Shown: positions 11,605-25,444, counted from the first letter of the stretch. The stretch is DNA of 64,000 bases from Eledone cirrhosa (GCA_964016885.1 OZ024743.1:297042001-297106000); one strand, 5' to 3'. The notes: a model not told the origin generated them from the sequence alone. A program made the numbers and translations.

Positions 11605-11724
11605 GTTTCTGAAGAAGACGGTCTGATCGAACCTATATATGAAGTCTGATAATATGCAGTTATATAACTGCTACAGATCAGACAATATCTCAATATGATC
11701 AACCTTCCGAAACAATCGTAAAAC
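11605..11724 (+). ncRNA. HHR-like motif with ~93-nt extended stem II
   Basis: gttt-CTGAAGA-[nested helices gatc/gatc, gtctgat/atcagac, gcagtta/taactgc]-GAAA-caatcg-TA-aaac. Confidence 0.6.
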
Positions 11725-11799
11725 TATGATATGAATAGGTAAGATAACTCGACTTTGTTGTTATTATTTTCTTTGTTAAATTAATACCTAATATATATA

Positions 11800-12166
11800 C
11801 ACACACGACCGTGACCTCTGGCGTCACGCAGTAATACAGAGTACCCGACCTCCCATGGGTACAAGCTGAAGCATATAGACAATATGCCCCCACACCCTCC
11901 CACTGGAAGGTGGTCATGGAGGTGCCACAGCAAAAAAAGCACCCAGCCCACACTGTAAAGTGGATGTGTAGGCGCCACGAAAAAAAGCACCCAGCACTCA
12001 TTGTAAATGAGGTTGGTGTTAGGAAGGGCATCCAGCTGTAGAAATCAAGCCGAAATCAGTTCCTGTATGAGCAAGGCATGTCAGCCGACCAGAAACTGCC
12101 CACAACAGGACAACCTCTCTAACCCATGCTAGCATGGAAGAACGGATGTAAAACGGTGATGATGAT
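11800..12166 (+). mobile_element. RTE 3' end fragment
   Basis: Encodes the ..HDRDLWRHAVIQ.. C-terminus, then 3' UTR and (GAT)n. Confidence 0.85.
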
Positions 12167-12198
12167 ATATATATATATAAATATATATATATTTTTTT

Positions 12199-12564
12199 TC
12201 ATCATTTTACGTCCGCTTTTCCCTGCTTGCAAGGGTGAGACGGGAACTGATTCTGGCTTGATTTCTACAGCTGGATGCCCTTCCTAACACCAACCTCATT
12301 TACAGTGAGTGCTGGGTGCTTTTTTTTTCCGTTACACCTATACGTCCAGTTTACAGTGTGAGCTGGGTGCTTTTTTTCCGTGGCATCTCCACGGCCACTT
12401 TGCAGTGACTGGGGTCCCTATCATCTCCTTTCTACAGCTGAGTAAACTGGAGCAATGTGAAATAAAGTGTCTTGCTCAAGGAAACAACACATCACGGTCT
12501 GAGAATTGAACTCGCAACCTTTCGATTAAAGCCCAATGCTCTAACCACTAAGCCATGTGCCTCC
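12199..12564 (-). mobile_element. CORE-type SINE
   Basis: Reverse-complement match to 20152-20476. Confidence 0.85.
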
Positions 12565-12574
12565 ATATATATAT

Positions 12575-13370
12575 ATTGTTATGCTTTGGGAGGGTCATGT
12601 TGCCAATAAGAAACACACGCACCAGTGCTTTTTCACTCCAATTTATTATAAATTAAATTTATAAATTTAAGAATTTATAAATTTCCGATTGGTTGGTTGG
12701 TTCCACAACCGGACGGTTGTTCATATATTGTCAAAGTTCTTTCGTCACACATTCTGTGACCTCTTCAGTGACTGGGGATTCTTTTCTTTGTTTTTGTGCC
12801 TCTCCTTTGTTCTGTCCTATGCCATCTTGTTTTTGTGTGTGTTGTGTGCTTAGTTTGCACATGTGTTACATCCGGGTGTCTGTGTGTGTTTATGTTTGTT
12901 TATTTATTTGTTTATTTACATGTTACTGGCTGGTTGTTTGTTCTATATGTGTGTGTGTTTTCATTTTGTCCTTAATTGTAAGTTGTGATGTTGCTATTCC
13001 ATTCATGTTTTCTATTTAATTTTGGTTGGAGTTCATTTATGTTTATTGCCTCTGTGATTTGTCTAAACATTGCGTCTTTTCTGTGTGTAGATTCTATTTT
13101 TATTTCTATGTTCTCTAATTTACCCATATGTTCTATGTTAGCATGTTGGTGGAGTACAGATGATTCTTTTCTATCTTGAAGCTCTCGCCAGGGTTCATTT
13201 ATCCGTTCTCCTATACTATGAGCTGTCTCACATATGTACACTATATTCTTATCTCTACATTGTCCTTCAGTACCTCTTATGCTATATACTACATTTCTAG
13301 TTTTACAGTTAATATGGGGGCTTAGTTTACAGATTATACATTTCTTATCTATACAGAGGGAGGTCTTTAG
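12575..13370 (-). mobile_element. PLE family-2 3' remnant: GIY-YIG C-terminus + terminal repeat with HHR (12730-12772)
   Basis: NCKTRNVVYSI...VYICETAHSIGERINE...HQH...H...R.I.EAI.I...PKLNRK.EW is a PLE GIY-YIG pattern, directly followed by the HHR-containing repeat. Confidence 0.8.
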
Positions 13371-13404
13371 GAAAAGGAAAAGTCCGCAGGAACTAAATGG
13401 TGTG

Positions 13405-13835
13405 TAGGGTGGGTGTGATCTGGCCCTGGGGGATGAATTCTCAATGCACTATGTTGGGGATGTCAAAAAGGATGATGAGCATGCTCTTGATTAAGCTGTG
13501 GCTCTGTTTTGCCTTCTTCGATCATGGAGATGATGGACTTTTCCATTGCGTTGACTGCTACTTTGTCCCTAGATCATACCTGTAAACCCAAGATTCATCA
13601 CCAGTGATGATCCTTGACATTAATTGTTTCTACTTTTGGTACAAGGCCAGCAGTTATCCAGTGCATTACTGGTACTTTGTTTTATTGACCCTGTAAGGAT
13701 GAAAGGCAAAGTTAACCTCGATGGGATTTGAACTCAGATCATAAAGGAACGTAACTATGCTGGAAAGCATGTCCGACCCTCTACCGATACTGCCAATTCA
13801 GATCTTTGACATTAATGATGACTCATCAGGCTTCA
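13405..13835 (-). pseudogene. mariner transposase fragment interrupted by a SINE
   Basis: Translates MSRIITGDESWVYRYDLGTK*QSTQWKSPSSP*SKKAKQ...IKSMLIILFD..IVH*EFIPQGQ (mariner TGDE motif region). Confidence 0.8.
13625..13800 (-). mobile_element. SINE family B
   Basis: Family match; 16-bp TSD gatcyttgacattaat at 13609-13624 and 13801-13816. Confidence 0.8.
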
Positions 13836-14074
13836 CATATGATGTTTGTTTCCCTACTGTTAAACTAATATATTTCTTCATTGTACTGTGTTGTTTGCTA
13901 TGTTGTTTCCATTTATGTTTTACAAACACGCTCATACACACACACATATATATATATACACACACATGCAAACGCATACATGCACATGCACACATATGTA
14001 TGATGTATATATTAGTGAGAAGTGTAAGATGTTGGCAAATCCCTGTGGGATATTAGCTGACAGTAAATGATTAC

Positions 14075-14265
14075 AGTGGATTGGCAGTATCATCGGGAGA
14101 GGGTCGGACGCCACGCTTTCCAGCATAGTTACGTCCCTTTACGATCTGAGTTCAAATCCCGCCGAGGTTGACTTTGCCTTTCATCCTTACGGGGTTGATA
14201 AAATAAAGTACCAGTAATGCACTGGGTAATTGCTGGCCTTGTGCCTAAAGTAGAAACAATTATTA
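14075..14265 (+). mobile_element. SINE family B
   Basis: gtggattggcagtatc...gagttcaaatcccgccgaggttgactttgcctttcatcc...agtagaaacaattatt. Confidence 0.8.
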
Positions 14266-14949
14266 AAATTATAGAATGTTTTATTTGAAGCTTCTCAGAC
14301 TTACGTTATCTATAAATAGCATATTCTCTCTTTCTCAGGTGTGTGTGTGTGTGTATGATTATCATCACCATCATTTTGTGTTTGTTTTCCATGAAGCAAG
14401 AGTTGGACAGTTTGTCATAGTCTGGTTCCTACAGCTGGATGACTTTCCTAATGTCAATTACTTTACAGAACGTACTGGGTGTATTTTATTCTGGCACCAG
14501 CTCAAGACAAGCTGACAAGCTGTTTATGAGATCTATGTTGATTCAGTTCATTTGCCTGCCAGTCTCATTTACTGTAGACTAAAAAGAGCATCTCAACTCA
14601 ATGTAGTCTCCAATCCCACACCACATTTATTTTTTGCATCACAGTGCTTTTATTGGTGGATGAGTCTTTCCAGTATAGTGAGACACTTGCTCTGATCGAT
14701 CGACAGGATCCTAGACTTCATTTGCTTGCTGAGTGGGGTGGACCTCGTCAAATTGAACCAAGGAAACAATGTTTCCATTTGTCTTTCCTTTGCTGATACT
14801 ATCTAGTGGTCACAACTCCTGGCAGAAAGAGCAATGTGAAATAAAGTGTCTTGCTCAAGGACACAATGTATCACTTGGTCCGAGAATTGAACTTGTAACC
14901 TCACTAGACATCATGATTCTGGGTCATCTCCATCATGATGTTCCATTTT

Positions 14950-17122
14950 CTTTAGGCGGTCATTATTCACATCTTCATCCCATGTCTTCCGTGATTTCTG
15001 TCTTCACCAAGTTCCATTTATACAGCTCTAGCCCTTCTTATGCATCACATGTCCATATCAGTGCACATGTCTCTCTTGAACACTACTGCATCTGATTCTT
15101 ATTATGCTTCACTTTTCTGTCATTCATGCATGCTAACATTACACATCCAGTGGAGCAAGCATGATTCATTTCATTCCAGTTTGTGTAAATCATCTGCATT
15201 ATGGCCTATATCTTATAACTATGCAGCACAGCAGTTTGAACACAAACATCATACATCTGCTCTTCATTCCGAGAAAGAAAGCCCTTTGTTGCCAGTAGAG
15301 GTAACAGCTCCATACACTTCTTCTTCCCCCTTTCCCACTCTGGTTACAACACTTCCAGTATAGCTACTACGACTACTAATGGGGTCTTCTAGATAGCAAT
15401 AACTATCTACTACATCTACTAAGGGGTCTTATGGGTATTGAAAGGAGTTCCTTTCATGGGTAACCTTACTATTGACTACTCCTGTGCAAAGGTTGCATTT
15501 AAGGTTTCCCTTCTCTGTCACCCTACAAACAATCTACACCATATGGAATTCCTACCTACTCCTTTTCTGCATATTGAGAATAGCCACTTATCTAATGGTA
15601 ACAGAGTCCTAAACACCCACTTCTGTCCACACCACCCTTATACTATAAAGACATGCTGGAATCACAAAAAAATATCCAGCCCACACTGTAAAGTGGTAGA
15701 GTAGGTGTCACAACAAAAGGCACCCAGCACACACTGTAAAGTGGTCGTGTAGGAGTTATGAAAATAAAAGGCACCCAACACACACTGTAAATATGGTTGG
15801 CATTAGAAAGAGCATCCAGCCATAGAAACCTAGTCAGAAACAGTTCTATATGAGCAAGACATGATCACTTGACCTGACTTGCTTCTAATGGGACAACCCA
15901 TCTAACCCATGCTAGCATGGAAAATAATAATGATGATGATAATGATATTTACATGTCATCATCATCATCATCATCATTTCTAATTCCACTTTTCCAGTGC
16001 TTGCATGGATTGGATGGGTCCTTTGCAGCACAGCATCTCCCATTTCATTGTGTTCCTTTGTCATCTCCTCTGTGAGGTTCAGCAATTTAAGACCAACTGC
16101 CACCACTTACATCCTAGTCTTCCTTCTACTGTGGATTCCTTCTTCTGGGATTTCCTGGGACTTCATCATTAAGTGATCATCATCCATCTGCATCACATGT
16201 CCATACAAATGCAGTCTTCTCTCTTGTACACTACTTTTTTATTCTTTTATACCATTAGACTGCAGCGATGCCTTAAAGGGATTTGGTCAATCATATTGTC
16301 CCTTGTATGTATGTTTGTCAAGTCTGGTACTTATTGTATCAATCTCTTGTTTGTTGAATTAACCCTTTAGCATTTACATTACTCTATATTTATTATTGTA
16401 TTTTCATGGTAAAAGTTTTACCTCACATAATTATCTCACATAATATCGAATCTATGAGATTTTGATATTATTTAGTGTGAGAACAATACTTTAACATCAG
16501 TAAGAGTGGCTAGTTACAGCCGGTTTGAACGGAAAGGGGTGAGAGAATTCTGGCCGGATACAGCCGGTTGAAATGCTAAAGGATTAAACCCAGTTTTTTT
16601 CTCAGTTCATCCAAATTCTGTCATTCTTTCACATTAATATTACATTCACCGAGGTATGCTTGCTTCATTTCTTTCCAGTGCATGCATATCCTCTATTGTA
16701 ACTGCCTATGTTTCACTAGCATGCAGCATCACACTTCACGCACATGTGCCATACAGCCATCCTTTCATTCATAAGGGAAAACCTTTTGTTCTCAACAGAG
16801 GTAGTAGTTCCCAAAACTTCTTCCACCCTCTCCTTATTCTAGCTATTATGTGCTCGAAACACGCTCCTCCACTACTAATTAGATCACCTAGGTAGAAGCT
16901 ATCAGCCACTTCTATGGATTCTTCATGTGGTTGAAGAAGGGTAATATCTCTGCCCCTCTTGCTATTGATTACCCCTGTGCATCTATTACATATGAAGTCT
17001 TCCATTCCTGTTGGTCTGCCAGCTATCTCCCTACACCTCTTGTTTACCCATCATATATAGTTTCAGCCTACTCCTTTTCTGCATATCAAACAGGGACACT
17101 TCCCTAATGGGATCAGGGTTCT

Positions 17123-17125
<3 letters not shown>
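14950..17125 (-). mobile_element. Cluster of old, degenerate RTE fragments (mostly minus; a plus-strand 3' UTR at ~15660-15945)
   Basis: Remnants such as FICNRCTG...IEVADSF.YLGDLISSGG...GWKKFWELLPLL match the RTE ORF. Confidence 0.7.
16359..16587. mobile_element. piggyBac-like MITE
   Basis: ttaaccctttagcattt ... aaatgctaaaggattaa; same family as 36933-37372. Confidence 0.7.
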
Positions 17126-17177
<52 letters not shown>

Positions 17178-17485
17178 GGCACACATACAATGGGCTTCTA
17201 ACAGTACTTCTACAAAATTTCATTCAAATGTACTGGGTGACGTAGAGTTACAGTGGAAGATGCTTACTCAAGATGAAAGCACACTGACATTTTTGCATTT
17301 TTGTTTACAGTACAGAAATATTGCATAAGTGCATGAGAACTAATTAGTTTTAGAATGGATTTAAACTAAATGAAAGGTATGATAAACAAAGAGAACCCTG
17401 CTCTGAACGAAATTAAGAACCATGTTAACACACAAATGAAGATAGAGTAAAACACTAGATTTTCTTGCTCATTCCTGTTTGTAAA

Positions 17486-17641
17486 ATCATCATCATCGTC
17501 GTCATCAATGTCATCATCACCATAATCATCGTCATAATCATCAACACTATCATCATCATTATCATTGTCATCGACATCAACAACATCATCATCATCATCG
17601 TCACCATTGTCATCATCATAACCATCATTCTCAACATCATT
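17486..17641. repeat. degenerate (CAT)n microsatellite
   Basis: Seen directly. Confidence 0.85.
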
Positions 17642-17654
17642 GACATTTTTAGCA

Positions 17655-17848
17655 ATAATTGTTTCTACTTTTGGCACAAGGCCAGCAATTACCCAGTGTA
17701 TTACTGGTACTTTATTTTATCGACCCCATAAGGATGAAAGGCAAAGTTAACCTCGGCGGGATTTGAACTCAGAATGGCAAGGGCCGTAACTCTATGCGTC
17801 AAAGCATGGCGTCCGACCCTCTACCGATACTGCCAATCCACCGCCCTT
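17655..17848 (-). mobile_element. SINE family B
   Basis: Full family match; ttttagcaataat on both sides. Confidence 0.8.
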
Positions 17849-18299
17849 TTAGCAATAATGATAACACTTAATAATATTTTTAGCAATAATGATAACACTT
17901 AATAATATTTTTTATAGAAAACATTAAATTTGATTATAAATTTAAGCAAATTTCTAAAATTGATTAATTTCATAGAAAAATATTTCTGTTGAATATTTAA
18001 AGAAAGGCAAGAAAAAAGAATAAAAAACAAAACAAAAGGAAAATACAAGGAAAAAAAAAAAGAATCATAAATGTAGTTTATTTTAGATTTTGTGATGGAA
18101 CTAGAATTATCTAGAATAATCCACCAATTGCCTTGCTACTTTAATCTCTTTCTGATCAATGCATGCATTCATCATCTATACAGTGAACAAAATCAATAAT
18201 GAGATACTTCCATCAGGTTATTTCTCATAAGACACTGACTGGCTACTGAAAATGATTTCGGCAAGAATGATGTGAGTGAATGTTTTCTTTTATCTTACA

Positions 18300-18765
18300 T
18301 ACTTGTTGTACTTGTTGTTGTTGTACTTGTTGTTGTTGCTGTTATAGCTGATGTTGTAGCTATCTTCTAAAAAATATATTTGTATTTTAGCATTGCTGGT
18401 GTTGGTGTTGGTGCTTATGATGATGGTGGTTGTGGTGATGGTGATGATAGTTGTAGTAATGGTGATTGTGATTATGGTGATGGTGGTCGTGGTGATCGTC
18501 TTTATGATGATGGTGATGGTGATGATAGTTGTAGTGATGGTGATGGTGGTTGTGGTGATGGTGACTGAGATTATGGTGATGGTAATGGTGGTAGTGGTGA
18601 TTGATAAAGTAATGGTGGATGCTTTCCACTTTTACATAATAGGAAAGTGATCATGTTGGTTTTGTTGTTGTTATTGGTGGTGGTGTTGTTGTGGTTGATG
18701 TGATTGTTGTTGCAGTCATTATTATTGTTGTTTATGATAATAATAATGATTATGATGATGATGTA
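18300..18765. repeat. degenerate (GTT/GGT/GAT)n low-complexity tract
   Basis: Seen directly; source of spurious His-, Val- and Asp-rich ORFs. Confidence 0.85.
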
Positions 18766-19885
18766 TGTTACTGTAAGAACATTGTCTGGCTTGGCTGGTA
18801 TAATGTATATTGAATTACATTATATTGAAGATTATAAGGACACACACACATATATGTACAGGTATGTGTGTGCATGTGTATTTACTGACCTACATGATAA
18901 ACACTCCTAGTTCATGCTGTAAAGTGGTTGGTGATAGGAAGAGAATCAAACCATAGAAAGCTTGCCAAACAAAGGGTTGGAAAGACCCTTGTGTCAAAGA
19001 CATAACAACCTCTTCTATGCATTCAGTAGAACATGCGACCATACATAAGTGGGATGCATCTTCCTCTCTGGGAGTTCAGTAGCCCTGCTTCTATAATGAC
19101 TTGGTCTACATAGACCTGTCCAACCCTTGCTAGCAGGGAAAGTGGATGTTAAATTGATGATGTTAAATTGGAAAGTTTACCCCTGATTAGATGAAATTGA
19201 TCCTAGGATGGGAATCTTTAATTTAACCCAAACGTCATAATTTTATCAAAGTTTCAGTTGTGGCTTCATCATCAATATTGTTGTTAGTGTTGTCATCATC
19301 ATCATCATTGCTGTTGCTGTAACCACCTCTATCATCATCATCATTACCATCTTATGCCTATTTTCTATATTGGCATGGGTTGGACAAGTCATTAAAGTCT
19401 GAGTAAGTTCTTATTTCGATGTGATGACTTCCTAGATGGGTTGAAAAGTAGAAACAATATTACTGTGCATGTACAACATATTGAGCAAGTGTCTACTACC
19501 ATAGATTTGGGTTGACCAATACCCTGTGAGTGGAATTTGGCAGACGGAAAATATGTGGAAGACCATAATATATATATTATATATTCATTATATATATATA
19601 TATATATATACTTCGTTTTTGAATTTTTTTGCCAAATTTCTTATCTCAAAACGAGTATTGAAATAGATATTGTTATAATTTGGGAGGGTCATGCTGCCAA
19701 AGTATAAAAAAATATACATCAATATATTTACATATAATGGTGCTGCCCCAGCATGGTTTCAGCCAATTGGCTGGAACAGATAAAAGGGTAAAAGATATAT
19801 ACACATATATATGTATATGGAGCAATGTGAAATAAAGTGTCTTGCTCAAGGAAACAACACATCACCCGTAAGCCATATGCCTCCA

Positions 19886-20149
<264 letters not shown>

Positions 20150-20151
20150 AG

Positions 20152-20476
20152 TGGAGGCACATGGTTTAGTGGTTAGAGCATTGGCCTTGCAATCGAAAGG
20201 TTGAGAGTTCAATTCTCAGACCGGGTGATGTGTTGTTTCCTTGAGCAAGACACTTTATTTCACATTGCTCCAGCTTACTCAGCTGTACTGGGGTCCCTAT
20301 CATTCCACTGTAAAGTGGACGTGTAGGCGCCACGAAAAGAAAAGCACCCAGCACTCACTGTAAATGAGGTTGGTGTTAGGAAGGGCATCCAGCTGTAGAA
20401 ATCAAGCCAGAATCAGTTCTCGTCCCACCTTTGCAAACAGGGAAAAGCGGACGTAAAATGAAATGAATGAAAATGA
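20152..20476 (+). mobile_element. CORE-type SINE, full length
   Basis: A-box tggtttagtgg, B-box-like gagttcaattc, CORE-like body, RTE-like tail. Confidence 0.88.
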
Positions 20477-21639
20477 TTTATATATAAAATATATATATAC
20501 AAGGCGGTGCCCCAGCATGGCCTCAGCCGGATGGCTGAAACAGGTAAAAGAGTAAAAGAGTATACATATTTATATATAAAATATATATCATCATCACCAT
20601 TTTAGTCTATTCTTCCACAATAGCATGGGTTAGATGGGTTGCCCTGTTGTGGGCAATGCCAGGTCAGGTGACCATGTCTTGCTTATACGGGAACTGATTT
20701 TGGTTTGATTTCTACAGCTGGATGCCCCTTCTAACATATATATGTATTTTATTGTTTTATTTGCATTTTATTTCTATTCCATTTTTATTTTTTATCCATT
20801 TGTATATTTATTTAATTACCTCTCTCCCACCACACACCAAAATAAGTGTACTCTTGGGTCCCAAATAATAGGGAGGTGGGGTTGGAAAATCGGTAAGTTT
20901 TCTAGGTTGTCTCTTGATTATTAAAAAAAACCTGAATTAGTCATTTTGTTTAAATATTGAAACCCCTACGATTATTCAAGTCAGTTTGAATGGGTTTTGT
21001 GCCCTAATTCATATATCTGATGAGATGTCGACACAGAATTGGGCCCTGACCGTTATGATCAAACCCTGAGCTAATTGATATAGATCAATTCTCATATGGA
21101 ATACAGTTTATTTATGGTGCAATCTTGACACTACCCCCAACTAGCACAACAACAATCACCTCATTATTTCTATTTGCCACAACACAATCATAACCATTCA
21201 ATGAGGCACCCTCTATGATTGCTTGACCTGTTAGAAACAGCAGCCAAGTTACTTCAAATATCATATCTTACAGTCTACAAAAAATGAAGGTCACATTGGA
21301 TTATGTAGATATACTTTGGTCTGCTTAATCTGGGATGACCTGGGGTTAAACAACAAGAACAATGACAATGACACTACCAACTTCAGCATTAGCATGACAA
21401 CAAACATTAGCCCCATGCCACACCACCACCATTACCATCATTTGCAGAACCATCATCCTACCATTACCTTCACTACTGCTATTGCATTACCACTCCCATT
21501 ACTGTCGCTGCTATCAAAAGCCACAACCACCATAACGACCACTATCACCTCACCACTGCAATTATCAATTACAGAACCACCAAATCATCATCACCACTAT
21601 GACAGAATCCACAAGCAACATCTCTACCAGCAAAATCAC

Positions 21640-21863
21640 TACTTGTAGAATCACCACCACCACCACCACTACCATCACCACTATCACCACCACCACTGCC
21701 ACCACTATCACCACCACCACTACCACCATCACCTCCATCACCACCACCACCACCACTATCACCACCACCACCAGCACCACCACCACCACCGCCACTATCA
21801 CCACCACCACCACCACCACCACTATCACCATCACCACTATCACCACCACCACCACCACCACCA
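21640..21863. repeat. (CAC/CAT)n microsatellite
   Basis: Seen directly. Confidence 0.9.
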
Positions 21864-22123
21864 TATATTTATCATCCAGATCTAGAAGTACATAGTAGTA
21901 AAGGATCTATCTAGTTTTGCAGTCAAGCCAAGCTGAGGTAAGATGAACCCTAGTATATAGTTATGGTGTAATTATAGTGGAGTGAAAATGTCTCCTCAGT
22001 TGATTATGATGGACACAACACTGGCTTGAGAAATAATTACTTTCATTACTGAAATACACACTACCATTACTTAATGTTCAATGTACAGCAACATTGACAG
22101 ACAGGTAGAGATAATTCACTCAT

Positions 22124-22153
<30 letters not shown>

Positions 22154-22155
<2 letters not shown>

Positions 22156-22268
22156 CTAGTAAAAAAGAAAAGAAAATGGTGACAAATTTTTCCCAGTGAA
22201 AAATTTGTCAGCATTTTCTTTTCCTTTTTACTAATATATCACAACTCGTGTGTCACACCTCTATTTTT

Positions 22269-22270
<2 letters not shown>
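22154..22270 (+). mobile_element. Fold-back module (palindrome 22154-22238 + tail) in (TA)n
   Basis: Imperfect palindrome centred ~22194; tail caactcgtgtgtcacacctct resembles 47785-47810. Confidence 0.6.
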
Positions 22271-22347
<77 letters not shown>

Positions 22348-22400
22348 AATATGGTTTTATAAAGATAGCTTCTATTTATTAATATTATTGATATATATAT

Positions 22401-22523
22401 ATGAAAATGTTCAAGACCCCAATGGGGTCGTGAATATTTTCATATTACCCACTCTACTACCCTTAAGTATTGAGTACTCTGGTGCATTATGGTCCATCTG
22501 GTTCCTTACCACACTTCCTTCGT
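22401..22523 (+). mobile_element. Minimal family-1 fold-back module
   Basis: atgaaaatgttcaagacccc-aat-ggggtcgtgaatattttcat, then family-1 tail. Confidence 0.75.
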
Positions 22524-22530
22524 TATATAT

Positions 22531-22562
<32 letters not shown>

Positions 22563-24564
22563 ATCATCATCATCATCATCATCATCAACGTTTAACGTCC
22601 GTGTTCCACGCTTGCATGGGTTTGGACGGGGGTAGTCCCACTTGAGGCAAGAGTGATTGTCTTGCTCGCATAGGACTGTCTGGCAGGTTTTCTACAGTTG
22701 GATGCCCTTCCTAACACCAACCACATTTACAGTGTGGGTCTGGGAGGTTTTTACCGTGTTGCCTACACGGCCACATTACAGCGTGGACTGTGTGTTTTTT
22801 TGTCGTGACACCTACACGATCTCATTTGTTTCGGCCTCGATGGCGCGGCACCAACATAACTTTACATAGAACGGGGTGGTGTGGATCGGGTGGGGGTGGT
22901 GGTGGTGGGACGGGGTGTATTTTGTTAGAGATGCCTACTGGCTGGAGTAGGTTTTACTATATATTTAGGTAAGGCGGGTCTTCTCTGTTACTGAGTACCG
23001 CCAAAGGTCTCGGTCCAGTGACATTGTCTTGGAGAGGTGTAAGTGTGTGATGTCGGAGTTTATCAGCTCGTCCCAGGTTTTTCTAGGTCTGCCTATTCCG
23101 TGACTACCGTCTATCTTTATTGCCCTGCACTTTGTTATACAGCTATCGACTTTCATGCGCATCACGTGTCCATACCAACGTAGCCTTCTCTCGAGTAAAC
23201 AACATCTGATCCCTCTTATCTCTAATTTTTTCCTTAGTTCGTTTATGCTTTGCCGTTCACATATATTACTGTTACACATCCAGCGGAGCATGCAAGCTTC
23301 GTTCCTCTCTAGTCTGCGTATATCCTCTGCACACAATGCCCAGGTCTCACTGCCATGCAGCATTGCTGTTCGTATGCAGGCATCGTACAACCTGCCTTTC
23401 ATTTTTAGTGAGAACCCTTTAGCAGCTAATAGTGGTATAAGCTCTCTGAACTTTTTCCAACCAGTTCTGACTCTAGCTACAGTACTTTCAGAGCACCCTC
23501 CCCCACTGCTGATTTTATCGCCCAGGTAACGGAAGCTGTCCACTATTTCTATAGAACCCTCTGCGCAATTGAAAGAGCTAGTAGTTTGTGGGCACTTGCT
23601 GCTACTTATTGCACCAGAGCACCGGCCACATGTAAAATCTATGTTCTTAGTTAGCTTACCTGTGATCCCACTACATCTTTTATGCACCCATACTTTGCAT
23701 TTAGGACATAAAATGGAGTTTCTACCTACGCCTTTCCTACACACCGAGCACGACCATTTCCCAGAAGGGACCGCCGCCTTGTTTTCTTTCCTACAAACTA
23801 GTACTTTGGTCTTAGCCAGGTTAATTTTAAGTCCTTTTGACTCTAGGCCGTGCTTCCATGTTTGGAATTTCTTCTCTAGCTCGGCCATTGATTCCGCTAT
23901 GAGTGTCAGGTCGTCTGCGTATAGGAGTTCCCATGGGCAGCCTGTCTTGAACTCCTCTGTTATAGCCTGAAGGGCAATAATAAATAGTAGTGGACTGAGA
24001 ACAGAGCCCTGATGGACGCCAACTTTTACGCTAAACTCTTCACTATATTCGTTGTTAATTCTAACCTTGCTGACTGTTTCTTTATACATGGCTTGTATAG
24101 CCCTCACAAGCCATTCGTCAACGCCTAGTTTTCTAAGAGCCCACCAGATAATGGAGCGGGGGACTCTGTCGAAGGCTTTCTCCAAGTCGACAAAAGCTAA
24201 GTAGAGGGGTTTACCTTTAGCTAGGTACTTCTCCTGTAGTTGCCGTACTATGAAAAGAGCGTCTGTGGTACTTTTGCCTGACACAAACCCGAACTGCATT
24301 TCATCTAGGTCAATTCTCTCTCTGATTAGTTGCGCTATTACTTTTTCCGTGACCTTCATGACCTGGTCGATTAATTTAATACCTCTATAGTTACTCCTAT
24401 CTAGGGCGTCTCCTTTACCCTTATAACAGTTAACGATGATGCTGCTATGCCAGTCCTTCGGAACAACCCCATTCTGTACGACTTGGTTAACTATGCGGGT
24501 GACCATGGTGTGTCCCACCGTGCCAGATGCCTTCAGCATCTCAGCAACTATTTCCGAAGGCCCA
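22563..24564 (-). mobile_element. RTE LINE, 5'-truncated, RT region intact
   Basis: ORF 22965-24563 differs from the 7431 copy by only a few residues; (CAT)n tail; (TA)n at both ends. Confidence 0.95.
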
Positions 24565-24575
24565 TATATATATAT

Positions 24576-24639
<64 letters not shown>

Positions 24640-24641
<2 letters not shown>

Positions 24642-25008
24642 TCATCATCATCATCATCACCGTTTTACGTCCGTTCTTCCACGCTAGCATGGGTTAGACG
24701 GGTTGTCCTGTTGTGGGCAGTGTCTGGTCGGCTGACCATGCCTTGCTCATACAGGAACTGATCTGGCTTGATTTCTACAGCTGGATGCCCTTCCTAACAC
24801 CAACCTCATTTACAGTGCTGGGTGCTTTTTCGTGGCGCCTACACGTCCACTTTACAGTGTGGGCTGGGTGCTTTTTTGCCGTGGCACCTCCACGACCACC
24901 TTGCGGTGGGGGGAGTGGGGGCATATTGTTTATATGCTTCAGCATGTACCCATGGGAGGTCGGGTACCCTGTATTACTGCGTGACGCCAGAAGTCACGGT
25001 CGTGTGTC
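24640..25008 (-). mobile_element. RTE 3' end fragment
   Basis: Matches 11800-12166 and 35550-35945. Confidence 0.85.
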
Positions 25009-25024
25009 ATATATATATATATAT

Positions 25025-25263
25025 ATGTAGGAGGTGAGTTTTATTGTAGTACAATAAAGCAATGCAGATATCGGATAAGAAGCACTCTACAGTTTGATAT
25101 GTTGATTTAAAACTGCACTATCCACAAGTGTTTTTTAGCCTTCATATCATGTTCTCCTGTTTTATCTGATGAAAACACAAATATTATTGCATGATGATGT
25201 TTGTTTTTGAAATGCGCATAATAAAATACATGGAACTCCTTTAACCATCTTTTGATCTTATAT

Positions 25264-25264
<1 letters not shown>
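25025..25264. mobile_element. HHR module family 3 (tail on minus, HHR arm on plus)
   Basis: Homologous to 28272-28802. Confidence 0.7.
25158..25228 (+). ncRNA. Type I HHR, canonical core, palindromic stem III
   Basis: tgttttat-CTGATGA-[aaac..caaatattat/atgatgtttg..tttt]-GAAA-tgcgca-TA-ataaaata. Confidence 0.75.
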
Positions 25265-25344
<80 letters not shown>

Positions 25345-25376
25345 AAATATATATACATATATATATATATATACAC

Positions 25377-25414
<38 letters not shown>

Positions 25415-25444
25415 ATACATGTATAAATATATATACATATATAT

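Noticed and set aside
17366-18910. Asp-, His-, Val- and Thr-rich ORFs (also 21316-21895 and 37885-38318)
   Set aside because: Translations of trinucleotide microsatellites.
20152-20225. tRNA gene (TGC loop)
   Set aside because: The cloverleaf is incomplete and continues into the CORE body; it is a SINE head.
21014-21060. CTGATGA as hammerhead (also 13826, 28201, 45568, 46617, 47330, 56484, 59607)
   Set aside because: Matching GAAA, stem I or stem III is missing or too degenerate. Some may be decayed copies, but they cannot be supported.
21922-21936. Plus-strand 15-nt microexon (tttgcag...gtaaga)
   Set aside because: Splice-like signals of this length occur by chance; no supporting neighbours.
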